Of a stretch of 64,000 nucleotides of DNA, positions 50,001 to 61,896 are shown in pieces. Position numbers and translations under genes: made by a program. The DNA comes from Paragordius varius (taxonomy: Eukaryota > Animalia > Nematomorpha): NCBI GenBank assembly GCA_964247055.1, contig OZ176054.1, positions 11,904,001 to 11,968,000 of the forward strand. The letters run 5' to 3'. The notes beneath the pieces were generated by a model. It made no database searches, was not told the DNA's origin, and saw nothing but the letters and a program-made list of their open reading frames with translations. Positions within the stretch are counted from its first letter, which is position 1. Each line of letters starts with the position of its first letter.

Positions 50001-53000
50001 TATATTGAAAAAAGACACCCACTGTTTTTAAACTTTAAATATTTCTATAACTTATTCTTATGGTTGGCGATGATATGGAATAGCGATATGATTTAGCTCG
50101 TATTATATATTTTACAATTCTAAATATAAAGGTTAAATAAAAAAATTAAGGTTTTTTAGTAACAAGGGTTTCACATATCGTTTATAATTTCTATTTACAC
50201 TTTCATCGTTATATTACGGATTTTAACAACTGTTATTACAAAACGTAACCAATCCGTTATTTACCATTACAATATATTCGCCTCATTGGACTTATTATTT
50301 TACCGTAATCTTAATAATTTTTACTTAAAAATCATTTCTAGATTCCGTTACATAACGGAAGAATGTCCAGAAGCCATACTAGTCCTCATAGTGCAATCCA
50401 TAACTGGGGCCATGATTCAAGGTTTTGTCACCGGTCTCATTTTCTCAAAGCTTTCACGGCCCAAAAAACGGGCAGTTACGCTCATGTTTAGCAAGAATGC
50501 CGTAATTTGTACGAGAGATGGCGCATTATGCCTACTCATACGTATAGGTGATATGCGGAGATCACATCTCGTTGATGCGCATACTCGTGCCTACCTCTTC
50601 AAGAAACGGGTAAGTTGGATATATGCAAAAAGATTTATTTCTTTACATATCACTAAGCTGCTTTTTATAAAAGATTTTGTAAGATTGTAATTGGTTAGAT
50701 TAATTTGAATGTTTAATGGTTAAATCTAAGAAAAATTTTGGAAATATGAAATTATATTATATATATATATGCGAATGTATATATTGAATTATTTTATAAA
50801 ATATATGAGAACAAAAATTAACATTGTTTTTATAAGTATTTGGATTCGAATTGGTCTAAATAATTCTTGGCACACTTTAAATAATTAAAATGTGTATTTA
50901 ATACATTTTTTCTATAACATAATTCCTCCACAAAGGTTCAAAGCTAAAAATTCATAATTTTATAATAATTTAGAGATAATATCATGTACTGACTCAATTT
51001 TTTATTACCCATCCCTCTAAATATATTGCAATAAATTCAATTTTAGGTTACTTTGGAAGGCGAAACTCTCCCATTAAATCCGTACAATCTTGAAATAGGG
51101 TTAGATTCTGGCCTTTCGGGTGGTTTAATATCAACCTCTTTAACATCAAACAAACAGTCCTGCCCGTGTGATGGACACACCAAAAATGGTATTTTTCCAT
51201 TTAAATCTTTTTTTACGGTTTAAAATAGTGTATATCAGAATCATTAATTAAGTATTAAGCTCATATAAAAGTTAAAAAAACATTTTTGCTTAAAATATAT
51301 ATTTTCTTTCGTTTATTTTAAAGCACCATAAACAAGCTAAATTATATCCTTACTTCTCAATTATAATGCGGCCAACTGTTAAAATTGTTTTTCACCCAAT
51401 TTTTTGGATTCCTCTAAAAGCTCGTGGTTTTTTTCTTATACCAATTTTTAAACAACTTTAACTCCTATAGGCCATTGAATGTAAAATTATTTTACTTTAC
51501 ATGAATATAGATGTAGAAAATCCAAATGCCAGCATAACGGATAAAATATTTTTGGCTTGGCCTTGTATTCTAGTTCATAGGATGGATGATCCGACCTCAC
51601 CCCTCTACCAAATGAGTGCCGATGACTTGAAACGTGAAAAATATGAAATTGTTGTAATTCTTGAGGGCATGATTGAAGCTACTGGGATGAGTATGCAAGC
51701 TAGAACATCGTACTTACCAAGTATTGGGAAATATCTTTTAAGTTTTTAGAAAACAAATTTTGCTTTTTTTATAACTGGGGGGAAAAAATGTTTTGATTTA
51801 TATATGTTTCGCTATAAAACTCTTTCTTTGTCCGATTTAAAAACAGTATATATATTGTTGATTATATTACACCATATCATCATGTTTATAGGGAAACTAT
51901 ATGACTTATTATCAGCATGACTTTAAAAATTATATATTTTTCATACATATATAATCGTTTTGTGGAACAATTTTTTAAATAACATTTGAACAATAAATTA
52001 ATAAAATTATATTTTTTTATATTTTGTGGGGGCATATATCGCTATCTAGCTAGCTTTTTATTAAAAAAACTGAAAAATGAACAATATGTGTACAAGAATG
52101 AACGAGGAGGGGGCCCGAAATTACTTTTTGAATGCTTTATAAATTGTCGCATATTTAGGCGAAATTTTATGGGGTTACCGATTTCAAAAGCTTATAACAT
52201 TTATCAGAGAAGATGGGGATTATATGGTTGATTATACTCGTTTCCACAACACCATTCCAGTCAACATACCAAGGTTTGTGATGAAGATTTTCTTTTTACT
52301 TTAATCAAGTTTCGTTTTTAAATTATTATTATAATGATATCGTAAATTTTATTAATTATAACCGTTGGTTTATCCTATATTTAGAATTAAATTTTAAGGA
52401 TTCTGGTTACATATTATCCTAAGTCAATACTGCTAGATATACCTCCTTTTTGCTAAATGAGGGATTTTTTAATATTTTCTTCAATTAACTGCTTTACAAA
52501 TGATACTAATCGGTAGTTTACTTTTTTTTCATTTTAATACTCTATTAAACTGAAAAAATAACCATACCATACAAAACCATAAACGTCGGTGATTTATATA
52601 TGATTAATTCCATTTCTTAATATCAATCAATTATTATTTCATTTAGGATAATACCTTTTTACGGAATTATTTTTTACAGCATTCCCCATTGGTTTTTTTA
52701 CACAAAAAGAGGTTTAATGTGTATATAATGTATTGTGATTTTATAATTATATCAAATTATATAGATGTAGCGCACGAGCCCTACAAGAACTCCGTGATAA
52801 ATTTCGTGAAAAACGGCGTGCTCAAATGCTTTTACAAAAACGCATATCCTTGATCTCAACCGATAGTCGAAATTCCAATAATTTTAACAGTAACACATCA
52901 ACAATGTCCCAAGGCGGAGTGCAAAATAAAAAAGACACATTACCGGATATTTTTAACCAATATCAAACTCCTGTTACAACATCAAAAGATTGTGATAAAA

Positions 53001-54037
53001 TTTCTGCTTCCAACTATGATACAAATACCCATACTACTGAAAATAATGATAATATTGGTCAGGATTCACCAAACAGTTTAACGCCATTAATTAGTCTTCA
53101 AAGTCCTGATTGTGTGTCACCTAATAGTGCAGACGTTTCCCAGGCAATTTTGGAAAAGCATACAAGTAGTACATCTTTTTATTCACCCAACATCTCCTCA
53201 CTTCAAAATAATGTTTCAACACCCTTGTATTCAAACGCTAAAAACTGTTTAAGCAATATAAGAAACAATAAAATTGAAGCCAAACCAACTCCATACAATC
53301 CAATGAACGATGCAGAGTTGGGATCTGAAATGGCTAAATGCTTAGGCTATTCAGGACATCAAATATCTTCAAATATGATACATCTCTTTAATCAATGGGC
53401 CGACCATGAGGAAAAACGATTTAGCAGCGATTTTCATCATCAGAACCTTATAGAAAATGTTGGAGGGGTGGGAGACTTTGGAACGAGTATATTTATTTTT
53501 GGGTTTATTTTTCGGTGGATATTGACGGTTGCTTAACATCTAACTGATAAATTATTTTATTTTACCAGTTTTTAAGGTATTTTTCGTATGCTGATTGTAA
53601 ATTAATGTGCGATTTAGGGTGCATCTTTGCTAAATAAGGCATGTTTAATCTTTGTCAATTAATCATCGTGATTAATATTATATTAAAAATTTTTATGAGA
53701 AAGGATTTGCCCATTTTTGTTCATAATCACTGCCATCCTTGGTAGGAGGGTAAGTGTTAGAGCTGTTATAGGAATTAATAAATTTATTTCTATTCTTAAA
53801 AAAGAAAAAAAGAGTCTATAAACTGTATATTTTATATTAATAGGTAATTCCAATGAGGCTGCCTCGTTCAACCCCAATATCAATAGTTATAACAATAATG
53901 ATCTCAATATTTTACTATCTATGCAAAACATGCAAAAACTTATGTCTCAAATGCAAAATACATTAAATCAACTTCAACGTGATGTTAGTCATCTTAATAC
54001 CAACGTTCCGAAAGAAAAAAATATGGATGATCCATAG
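47033..54037 (+). CDS. Inward-rectifier potassium channel (Kir) with very long N- and C-terminal extensions, about 1273 aa. Exons: 47033-49203, 50342-50609, 51047-51188, 51511-51720, 52159-52273, 52765-53486, 53844-54037
   Basis: [97 protein letters not shown] and VDYTRFHNT. The exons sum to 3822 nt in frame. The last junction is less certain. Confidence 0.93.
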
Positions 54038-55079
54038 CGAAAAAAATATTAAGGAGCTAATGTGAAAAAAATGATAGAACCATTAAGATTAGTGGATTAA
54101 AGCCTAAACTAATTTAAAATAACTGGGAAAATATACGCCTAAATACTCATATCTTCCGCTAATTCAAAATATTTTGGTGACATGACCCTTAAATAAAGAT
54201 AATTACCAATTCTAGTCAAACACAAAAACCAAAGCACCCGGTTTTTTGCCATTTATGAAAATAAAAAACCCAATGATCACTGTAAAACAAACAGTATTAG
54301 ATTCTGGTTAAAAGTCGCCCTGATTTACAAAAATATTCGATAGTCAATTTAAATCTCATTATATTGACGACAATAATTTGTATAAATGTATCATTATTTT
54401 AAAAGGATATATTTTGTCACAATATTTTTGCTCAATCATATATTGATCTTGAAAAATTAATTATTCTACAAAAACTAATTATATAAATACCCATACGATG
54501 ATAGATTTTGTTATAATTTCCCATATTTATTATTACAAACCTTGATATTGAACTAGTCTTAACAAATTTTTGTTATAGTGCATACTTATTTACAGACATG
54601 TATGTATATTGCATTAAGTTATTACAATTTAGTCAAATATTTAATTTACGACAATCGATCTTAGAATAAATGTAATTTGAATAAATTTATTGCAATGTAT
54701 AATATAATTTACCAATAAATAATTTTCTAAGATACAAATTAACCTAGGTTTATTATGATAAATGGTTTAAGAGCAAATAAAGAGTGATAAAATCAATATG
54801 TATTTTAATGCCCTTCTAGAAAAACGGGTTCAAAACAGATAATATGATTACCATACACTCATTTTTTTAATTTTCTAATTGTGATTACGCTTTCACCAAT
54901 TTAATCATTATTTTTATTAATAATGGAACTTCGTTTTTCGAGTTTTACGACATGTCTCTTTTATTTTTATTCATCGACTGATTAGTAAATCTAAATTTTG
55001 ATGCAATCAAACAGAAAAAGAATTAATAACATATGATGGTATTTATGTTTGGTAAAATAAGGTCCGGTGCAAACCATGG

Positions 55080-56050
55080 GATATAAAAAGTCATGATTAA
55101 AATTGTTTTCTTTAACTAAGAAATACCTAAAAACATTATTCATATTATCTTATGTATTTTCCACATTGTTGCTTCAAATTCTTGTTATTTTTATGGTGGG
55201 GTATTTAACACAGGGTGCAACTCTAACATTGTGCTAATTTGAAAAAAAGTTTGGACAAAATTTTTCTTATAATGGAAAATATTATATCCAAAGTTTTACG
55301 AAAATTGCTCAGAGTTGGTTGTTATTATTTGGTGGCGTTTTTGACAATCGTTCAAAAATTTTTGCCTTTACATAAGGAATACTAAAACAAATGCACAATT
55401 AGTTACATTAGGGCGATAAACTGCTTTAGAGTCGCTTATTTTGATTATGATCTACCCAAGGGGTCGAGTTCTACCCACCGGCTAATTTTAGCGTTGGACT
55501 AAAATTTTGCCTTTATGCGGGAAATAATAAATTATGATTGATACGACGTGACTGTATAGCCTATCGGAAAATTTGCTTTAAAGCCACCATTTTTTATGGT
55601 GGCATGTTTTTAGGAGGTGGAGCAATCCCTTATCTAGAAATTTTGCTGTTTTCGGGAAATAGCTAAACCCTTATTACCTTTATAGTCTGATTTTCGCAAA
55701 TTTGCTTCAAAGCCACGTTATTATATGATGGTACATTTAACAGAAAGTAAGGCTGAACCCAGAAGCTATACTAAAATAAGCAATGGTCAAATTTATTTGC
55801 CTTTATACCGGGATTACCGAAAATCATTATTGATTTATAGTCTGGGCAAAAATTTGCTTCAAAAATTTATTTTGGGGTTTAAAAAAAATTCATTATACAG
55901 GGAGGCGCCAAAATATTAATATAAAATACAGGTACGTTCGGCTCATTCATTAAAAAATTAACTTGAATGGATCGACACGTTTTCCGGAATATTATTTCCC
56001 AAACACGATTTTTGGGCACTTGTCATTTTTAAAACCCGTTTTTTGACACA
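55080..56050 (-). repeat. Inverted, more degenerate copy of the 43.8-45.9 kb repeat (terminal segment plus several monomers)
   Basis: ACACGTTTTCCGGAA (55975-55989) and ACACGATTTTT (56003-56013) are exact reverse complements of 43896-43910 and 43872-43882 with the same spacing. AAAATTTTTGCCTTTA-type motifs mirror the AAGGCAAAAATTTT motif of the left array. Confidence 0.7.
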
Positions 56051-57073
56051 GGATGGTGTTAAACTTAGAGGCTAGTAGAAAAAATTGGTCCGATTATAGT
56101 TGGCCATATAAATTATTAAAAATACCCTCTTTAAAAGTTAAATTTGCTAAATGTTTGGGAGATTTTAAAGCCAACGTTTTACATTTAATATATAAATTCT
56201 CCCTCACACCAATTTCTAATAAAATTTTAATAAAACTAATTAGAATATTACATAGATTACAACCAAAATAGGTTAGTTATGATTAATTAAAATATTGATA
56301 CTATTTAAATTCGCCGATCCAAAAACAATCCGCGCAACTATAAATACAAGCGGTGAATCTCAAATAAAATTATAATAGGTTTTATATAAATTAAACCCAG
56401 TGGTACTTGTCAGAATTTTTTGCAGGGCCAAAATTTTTTCTTGTCTTAAGGGCCATAATACTGATAAAATTTAAATGCTGTTTGAAACATTTGCAAATAT
56501 TTATATTTGAAAAGAATTTCAAAGCCATAAAAAAGCATTTTAAGGGCCGGGGTTTGAGTATAGCTGCTTTAACCCTTCAAGTTAAAAGTTGGCGTCGCTA
56601 AAAATTTCTACCACATTAGATTTATAATTTATTTTTGTTTTACCAAATGCTACTTTAAACAAAATAGACAATCGAAGCTATATTTATTTATGTACCAAAA
56701 AATTTGTTTGCTGAATCTTCGATTTATAAATATTCAGTCCCCTAAGTTGATTGTCCCCCAAAGTTAACCCCATATTAATCATTAATTACCAAAATATATG
56801 TACTTTTATCAGGTATTCATTATTAAAAATATGTAATATAAAGTTTTCATGTATTATTTTGCCAATTGTCGATAAAAATAATTGCTTGGCATTTCCCATT
56901 GATTTCTCTTGGCGTAACTACAATTTTTTTAGATTCTGAAATGTATGTGCTAAAAAAGGTTCCCTAAGACTGCAAAGTGTACTCTAAATTTAAAAACTAA
57001 TTGACTGGGATGTGTTTTAAGAAATAGGTCATTGAAATAAATGCAGTAATATATAAATATTTATTACACAAAT

Positions 57074-57630
57074 TTATTTAGGTTTTTCATTCTTTTGAAA
57101 TTTGCGTTTGGGTAACACAACAGCAATGTATCCCTCTTTTTCAGGCTATTATAAAATTAATATCATTACCTTTTCCTTTATTAAGTTTGGATTAGATATT
57201 AATTGTTCATTGATTTCTAATAAAAAACCATTACAACATCCATATATTGGATATTCAGATCCGTCGTCCAATGAAACAATACATAAAATAGAATCTTGTT
57301 GAATAAATTGACCACCTCTAAAAAATTATTTGCTACAAACTTTTTCCTTTTCCCTTTAACACTGTTATTTGCTCTGTTAACCTTTTTAGATATTTGGAAA
57401 TTTACCATTTTAACTGGTGCATGAGATAAAAATATTGGATGTGTCATTGGAACAGTCACAACCTTTATTCTTTAATATGTTACGCAATAATACCTATTAC
57501 TAAAAGTTAATATTGACATATCATGGCTTCTAATATCTTTCACAATATCCCGTTGGATATTATAAGATTTTAAATCAAAATCCTTGCTCTGTTCCTCGTA
57601 AACGATGTTTTCATCTGTATTTTCAGTCAT
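57074..57630 (-). CDS. ABITRAM: ABITRAM / Simiate (FAM206A)-like protein, 161 aa. Exons: 57494-57630, 57341-57469, 57170-57317, 57074-57145
   Basis: The spliced product HDMSILTFSNRIKVVTVPMTHP...NFQIS...GKRKKGGQFI...LC.V...DGSEY.IYGC.NG.LLEINE.L..NP.LIKEKPEKEGYIAVVLPK follows the remembered human FAM206A sequence throughout. 486 nt in frame. Confidence 0.9.
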
Positions 57631-57690
57631 ACATGTGGTATCGTATGTGACACGCTTTCTTGAGATAAGTTTAGGCAATTTTCAAGAAAA

Positions 57691-60600
57691 ATGATTTGGA
57701 TATTAAATTTTTGTTGTTGGATTTTTTTAACCTTCCTCACATCTAAAATATTATGTACCGAGTTGACATTCGAACTAGAAGATAACAAAAAACAATGCTT
57801 TTTTCGATACCTTATAAAGGGTGGTCAAACCAAGTTTGAATATCAGGTATTTTTTATAATTCCAAGTAAAAGGTAATTACCGGAGGAAATTATGATGTTG
57901 ACCTTAAAATTTTGGGACCTGAAAAGAATTTACACAGGCCCGTGATACATGAATTAAAGCAAACTCAATTCAAATCCTTTGATTTCGTCGTAAATGAAAC
58001 AGGTTTACAAAACAGTAAATTTGAATCGTAAAACCTTAAAACTATAAGATAATTATTTATATAAAAAGTTAGCCATACTTTTCAAATATAACCTTTATGA
58101 TAACAAATAATATATTATTGAGTGGTTTACAGTTTATATTTATATTCCTTATTTTTAAACCCAAAACAATTGGATATATTGAAAAATAATTATCATGATT
58201 TGTATGGCTGCCTTTATTAGCACAAAATATGTTTAGTTACTTATCTTTATAATATTCAATATTACTCTATATTCATATCTTTTTTAAAGGTGAATATTCG
58301 GCGTGTTTTGACAATGAATTTTCATCCATGTCCCATAAAATTATATATTTTGATTGGAGTTTACCCGAAGAGGATATGTTTGGGGGGAAATCCATTGATG
58401 CCGTTGTTAATCATCCACTTTCAAGAGTATAAAAAATTTTATTGACAAGTTTTTTAAGATCAATCTTTAAACCATGTTTTTTGGGGTTTAATTAATTTAA
58501 TTTTGTTTCTTTATTTAATGAGATAATTGACGAGATATTCCGAAAAACACTAAATTTTGGAGAAAAAAAATTGGGGTGCTATTACGATCCGAATTTTTCA
58601 TAAAATGCGTAATTAAAATTTCAAAGTAAAGCTTTGGTATTTTTCTATATTTTTGTATATTAATAGCTATGGTATAGTTACCCCAATAGTAGTGTAAAAC
58701 ATATTATTATTATTTAATTATACCAAATCATATAAAACCCATTTTATTTTAAATTTAATATAATAAAAAGTATCCAATAATATTTTTAACTTTAAGATGG
58801 AAATGGCCACTGAAGTTATGCATGACAATTTAAATGAAATTAATGAACATCAAACGCATTATCGATTGAATGAGGCTTCAGGTAATTTTTTTTCATATTC
58901 TATATTTATGATTTAATTTAGCTTTTAGTTAATGGTTTTTAACCTTTTTTATGTCAGATTTTTATGTCTTTTTTAAAAAATTTTATGTATTGTTTTTCTC
59001 AAACCTATGTGGATATTTATAAAAAAATGAAATATCCAGATACCCACTTTATATATATTTAATCAAATAGATTAACAATTGATTAAAGTGTTTTTAACAT
59101 TTTATGACCTCACTTTTTCCTATCTAACATATGGGGGTAGTTTTATATCCCTAAGCTCCATCTTGCAAATAAACTATTGTTTTGAAAGTTATTTTAGCTA
59201 AAATATATTTATCAAACTTTGTGATTTTGCATTAGATAAACAAGCGTCTATATCAATTTTATAACTTTTACAGTTTTCAAAACGACAAAACTAACTGATT
59301 TATCCAAATACATCCAGTTTTTGCTGGTAAAACGTTGCCCAAAAGCTGTTTAAAGTTTATTATTTGCATTTTCTAACCATAATATACATAAAATTAAGAA
59401 AAAAAACTGGTGGCGAAAAAGTTTGAGATGACAATTTTTAACAATATTGTATTTTTTTAAAAAAAAAATTGTATAATGCGCTCCTAAAAAGCTAAAGAAA
59501 GTATATTTTTAAATTCGGCTTAATACCTTAAATACATTGTAAGATATTCGAATTGCAAATCGGTCTGCGATATAAAACTACCCCAAAAGGTCATGAAGTG
59601 CTAGTAAATATATACTTCGTTATCTTTTGGGGTAGTTTTATGCCCTAGTTGGATAAAATGCATTTAATATAATAGGCCAAATTTAAAAATGTGCATAGCC
59701 TTTTAGGCGTATATTACAACAGGCGATTAAATGTATATTATGGTAAAAAATGTAAATAAGTATATTTACAAAGCTTTCAAGTTGCATTTTAGTACCGAAT
59801 TTTTAATATTTTGGTTTTAAAAACGACTATTTGCTTTAACCTCTTTTGGAACTATCCCAATTCCGGACTCTAAAAGTTAAAACACTGTGAAGAATATAAG
59901 CTTGTATGTAAATAATATTGGAAAACAGTGTTTTATAATTAAATTTTAATTAATTTATTAGAAAGTGGTTCATTTACATTTTCTTGGGGGTGAACAAACC
60001 CAAAATGTATTCGTCTACAATAGACAGATTTAATTGTAATTCTATTATATTAGATATGATATTATAAGAGAGAAACGCATTTTTGACAATATAATAATGT
60101 ATTATATGTAAAAATGCCGTATAAAAATGACTCACATTTTGATTAATGAAATAAAACGTTCCAATTAGGGTTATTGACTTGTTAAAAAAATTTAACATGT
60201 GTTTATCATCATATCATTGATATAAAATAATGTTAGGAGGTTTAGAATTTATATGAATACTTTTTATTTTTTGTTTTAAAGTATTTTAACAATTAGAACT
60301 AATTTGTTTAGTTAATTTCGTTTGCTTTAACATATTTCCATTTTTAATATTAATGAAACCCCAAATCAAAAGTGGTCAGACCAGATATTTTTAAAAAATA
60401 TTTTAATTTTAATATACCATTTAATGGGTCCATACAAAACTTAACAATCAAGGGTTTAAAACTTTTATTACTGCATTTACAATCACATTGCAAATTTATA
60501 AAACTAAAAAGATTTTATTTTAATGGCGCTTTTAAACGTGAGATACATAATTATTATGTCATAAAGTTTTATTAATTTTTTTGAATAATAGGGAGAATAT

Positions 60601-60737
60601 TTGCCGAACAACTCAATAACCGCGTTATGATTTTGTCTTTGAGTGAAACGCTTGGTATCCTAGTTATCGGTTTGGGACAAGTCTTGATTTTACGAAATTT
60701 CTTCACAGAAAAAAAGGGTGGTGGACGTCTTCGATAA
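57691..60737 (+). CDS. TMED7: p24 gamma family GOLD-domain cargo receptor (TMED7/TMED3-like), 217 aa. Exons: 57691-57846, 57873-58002, 58290-58426, 58797-58881, 60592-60737
   Basis: Signal peptide, ELTFELEDNKKQCF, EYQVITGGNYDVD, CFDNEFSSMSHKIIYFD, QTHYRLNEASGR.FAE.LN.RV and GQVLILRNFFTEKK. 654 nt in frame. Confidence 0.9.
59132..59586. repeat. Dispersed repeat family B, copy 2, in the last TMED intron
   Basis: TGGGGGTAGTTTTATATC ... GATATAAAACTACCCCAA inverted ends. Internal motifs are shared with 34325-34750. An extra inverted terminal motif follows at about 59625-59640. Confidence 0.75.
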
Positions 60738-61464
60738 TCGTTATTACAAATTAAAATTGGACCGACAAAGGATAAAATTACAAATATTTTTTTTTTCAAA
60801 AAATAACCAACCATACTTTTTGAAGCCATAATTTTTCCTAAATAAATTATTTAATTACAATCGCAAAATATATAATTGATTGTGTTACTACCAATTACAT
60901 CTCTTATATGTATTTTACGATTAAAAACAATGAGTTTTATTAAAAAATTAAAGTTTAATAAAGTACAGCAGTCGTCTTTTGATAAAAAATATTTGTCTTT
61001 ATATTTTAACATTATATATGTATAATTTTGATTTTTATTATTAAATTTTTTATTTTCAGAAAAATACATAATCTTTTTTTGTAATGCATTTCAATAAGTA
61101 CATTTGTAATTGCGATTTGATGAAAAAATTTACATTGAAACTATTATAAATTTATTTAGATATGATATATTGAATATGTATATACAATAATTTTATGCAT
61201 GTATGCACGCACTAGTTTTTTATACTGTCATTATATATAATTTATAGCGCAAAAAAAACTTTAATTAGAAACCATAAATTGTAAAAATCCCAATAAATTA
61301 GTAAGTTCAACAATTATGTTTAAAATCATATATGAATGGCTTAAATAATTATTTCATTTGAATGGAATACGGATGGCTAATTAATCAAATGCTAAAATAT
61401 GGCACATTTCCAATTAAATGCAGAGTTTTAATAAAAACGAAATATATATATATATATATATATG

Positions 61465-61823
61465 CCATTTACACTCACCCTCGAATTCAAATTACCTTTG
61501 AACAATTTAAATTCACCCTTGAACAATTCAAATTCACACTAAAAATAAATTATGTTTTTTATAACTAATATAACTCACTATTAATATGAAATATATTTTT
61601 ATGGCAAAGTTTATTATTTTTTCAGTATTATTTTAATTTATACAGAATTTAATTTTTTTAAAAAACATATAAAAATATGGGTAATTTTAATTTTAAAAAA
61701 CATGTAATATTTTTGAGGGTGAATTTGAATTGTACGAGGGTAAATTTGAATTGTTCAAGGGTGAATTTGAATTGTTCGAGGGTAAATTTGTATTGTTCAG
61801 GGGTGATTTTGAATTGTAAATGG
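61465..61823. mobile_element. MITE family A, copy 8 (most 21-nt sub-repeats)
   Basis: CCATTTACAC ... TTGTAAATGG embedded in (TA)n on both sides, with about 3-5 AATTCAAATTCACCCTTGAAC-like units per arm. Confidence 0.85.
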
Positions 61824-61896
61824 TATATATATATATATATATATATCAGTTTTTTAACCATTTAAAAAGTTTGTTGAACCCTTAACTTTTTTGTGT

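Noticed and set aside
61362-61865. ORFs with FKFTLEQ repeats (also at 20601-20900)
   Set aside because: They are translations of the 21-nt TIR unit of MITE family A plus (TA)n.
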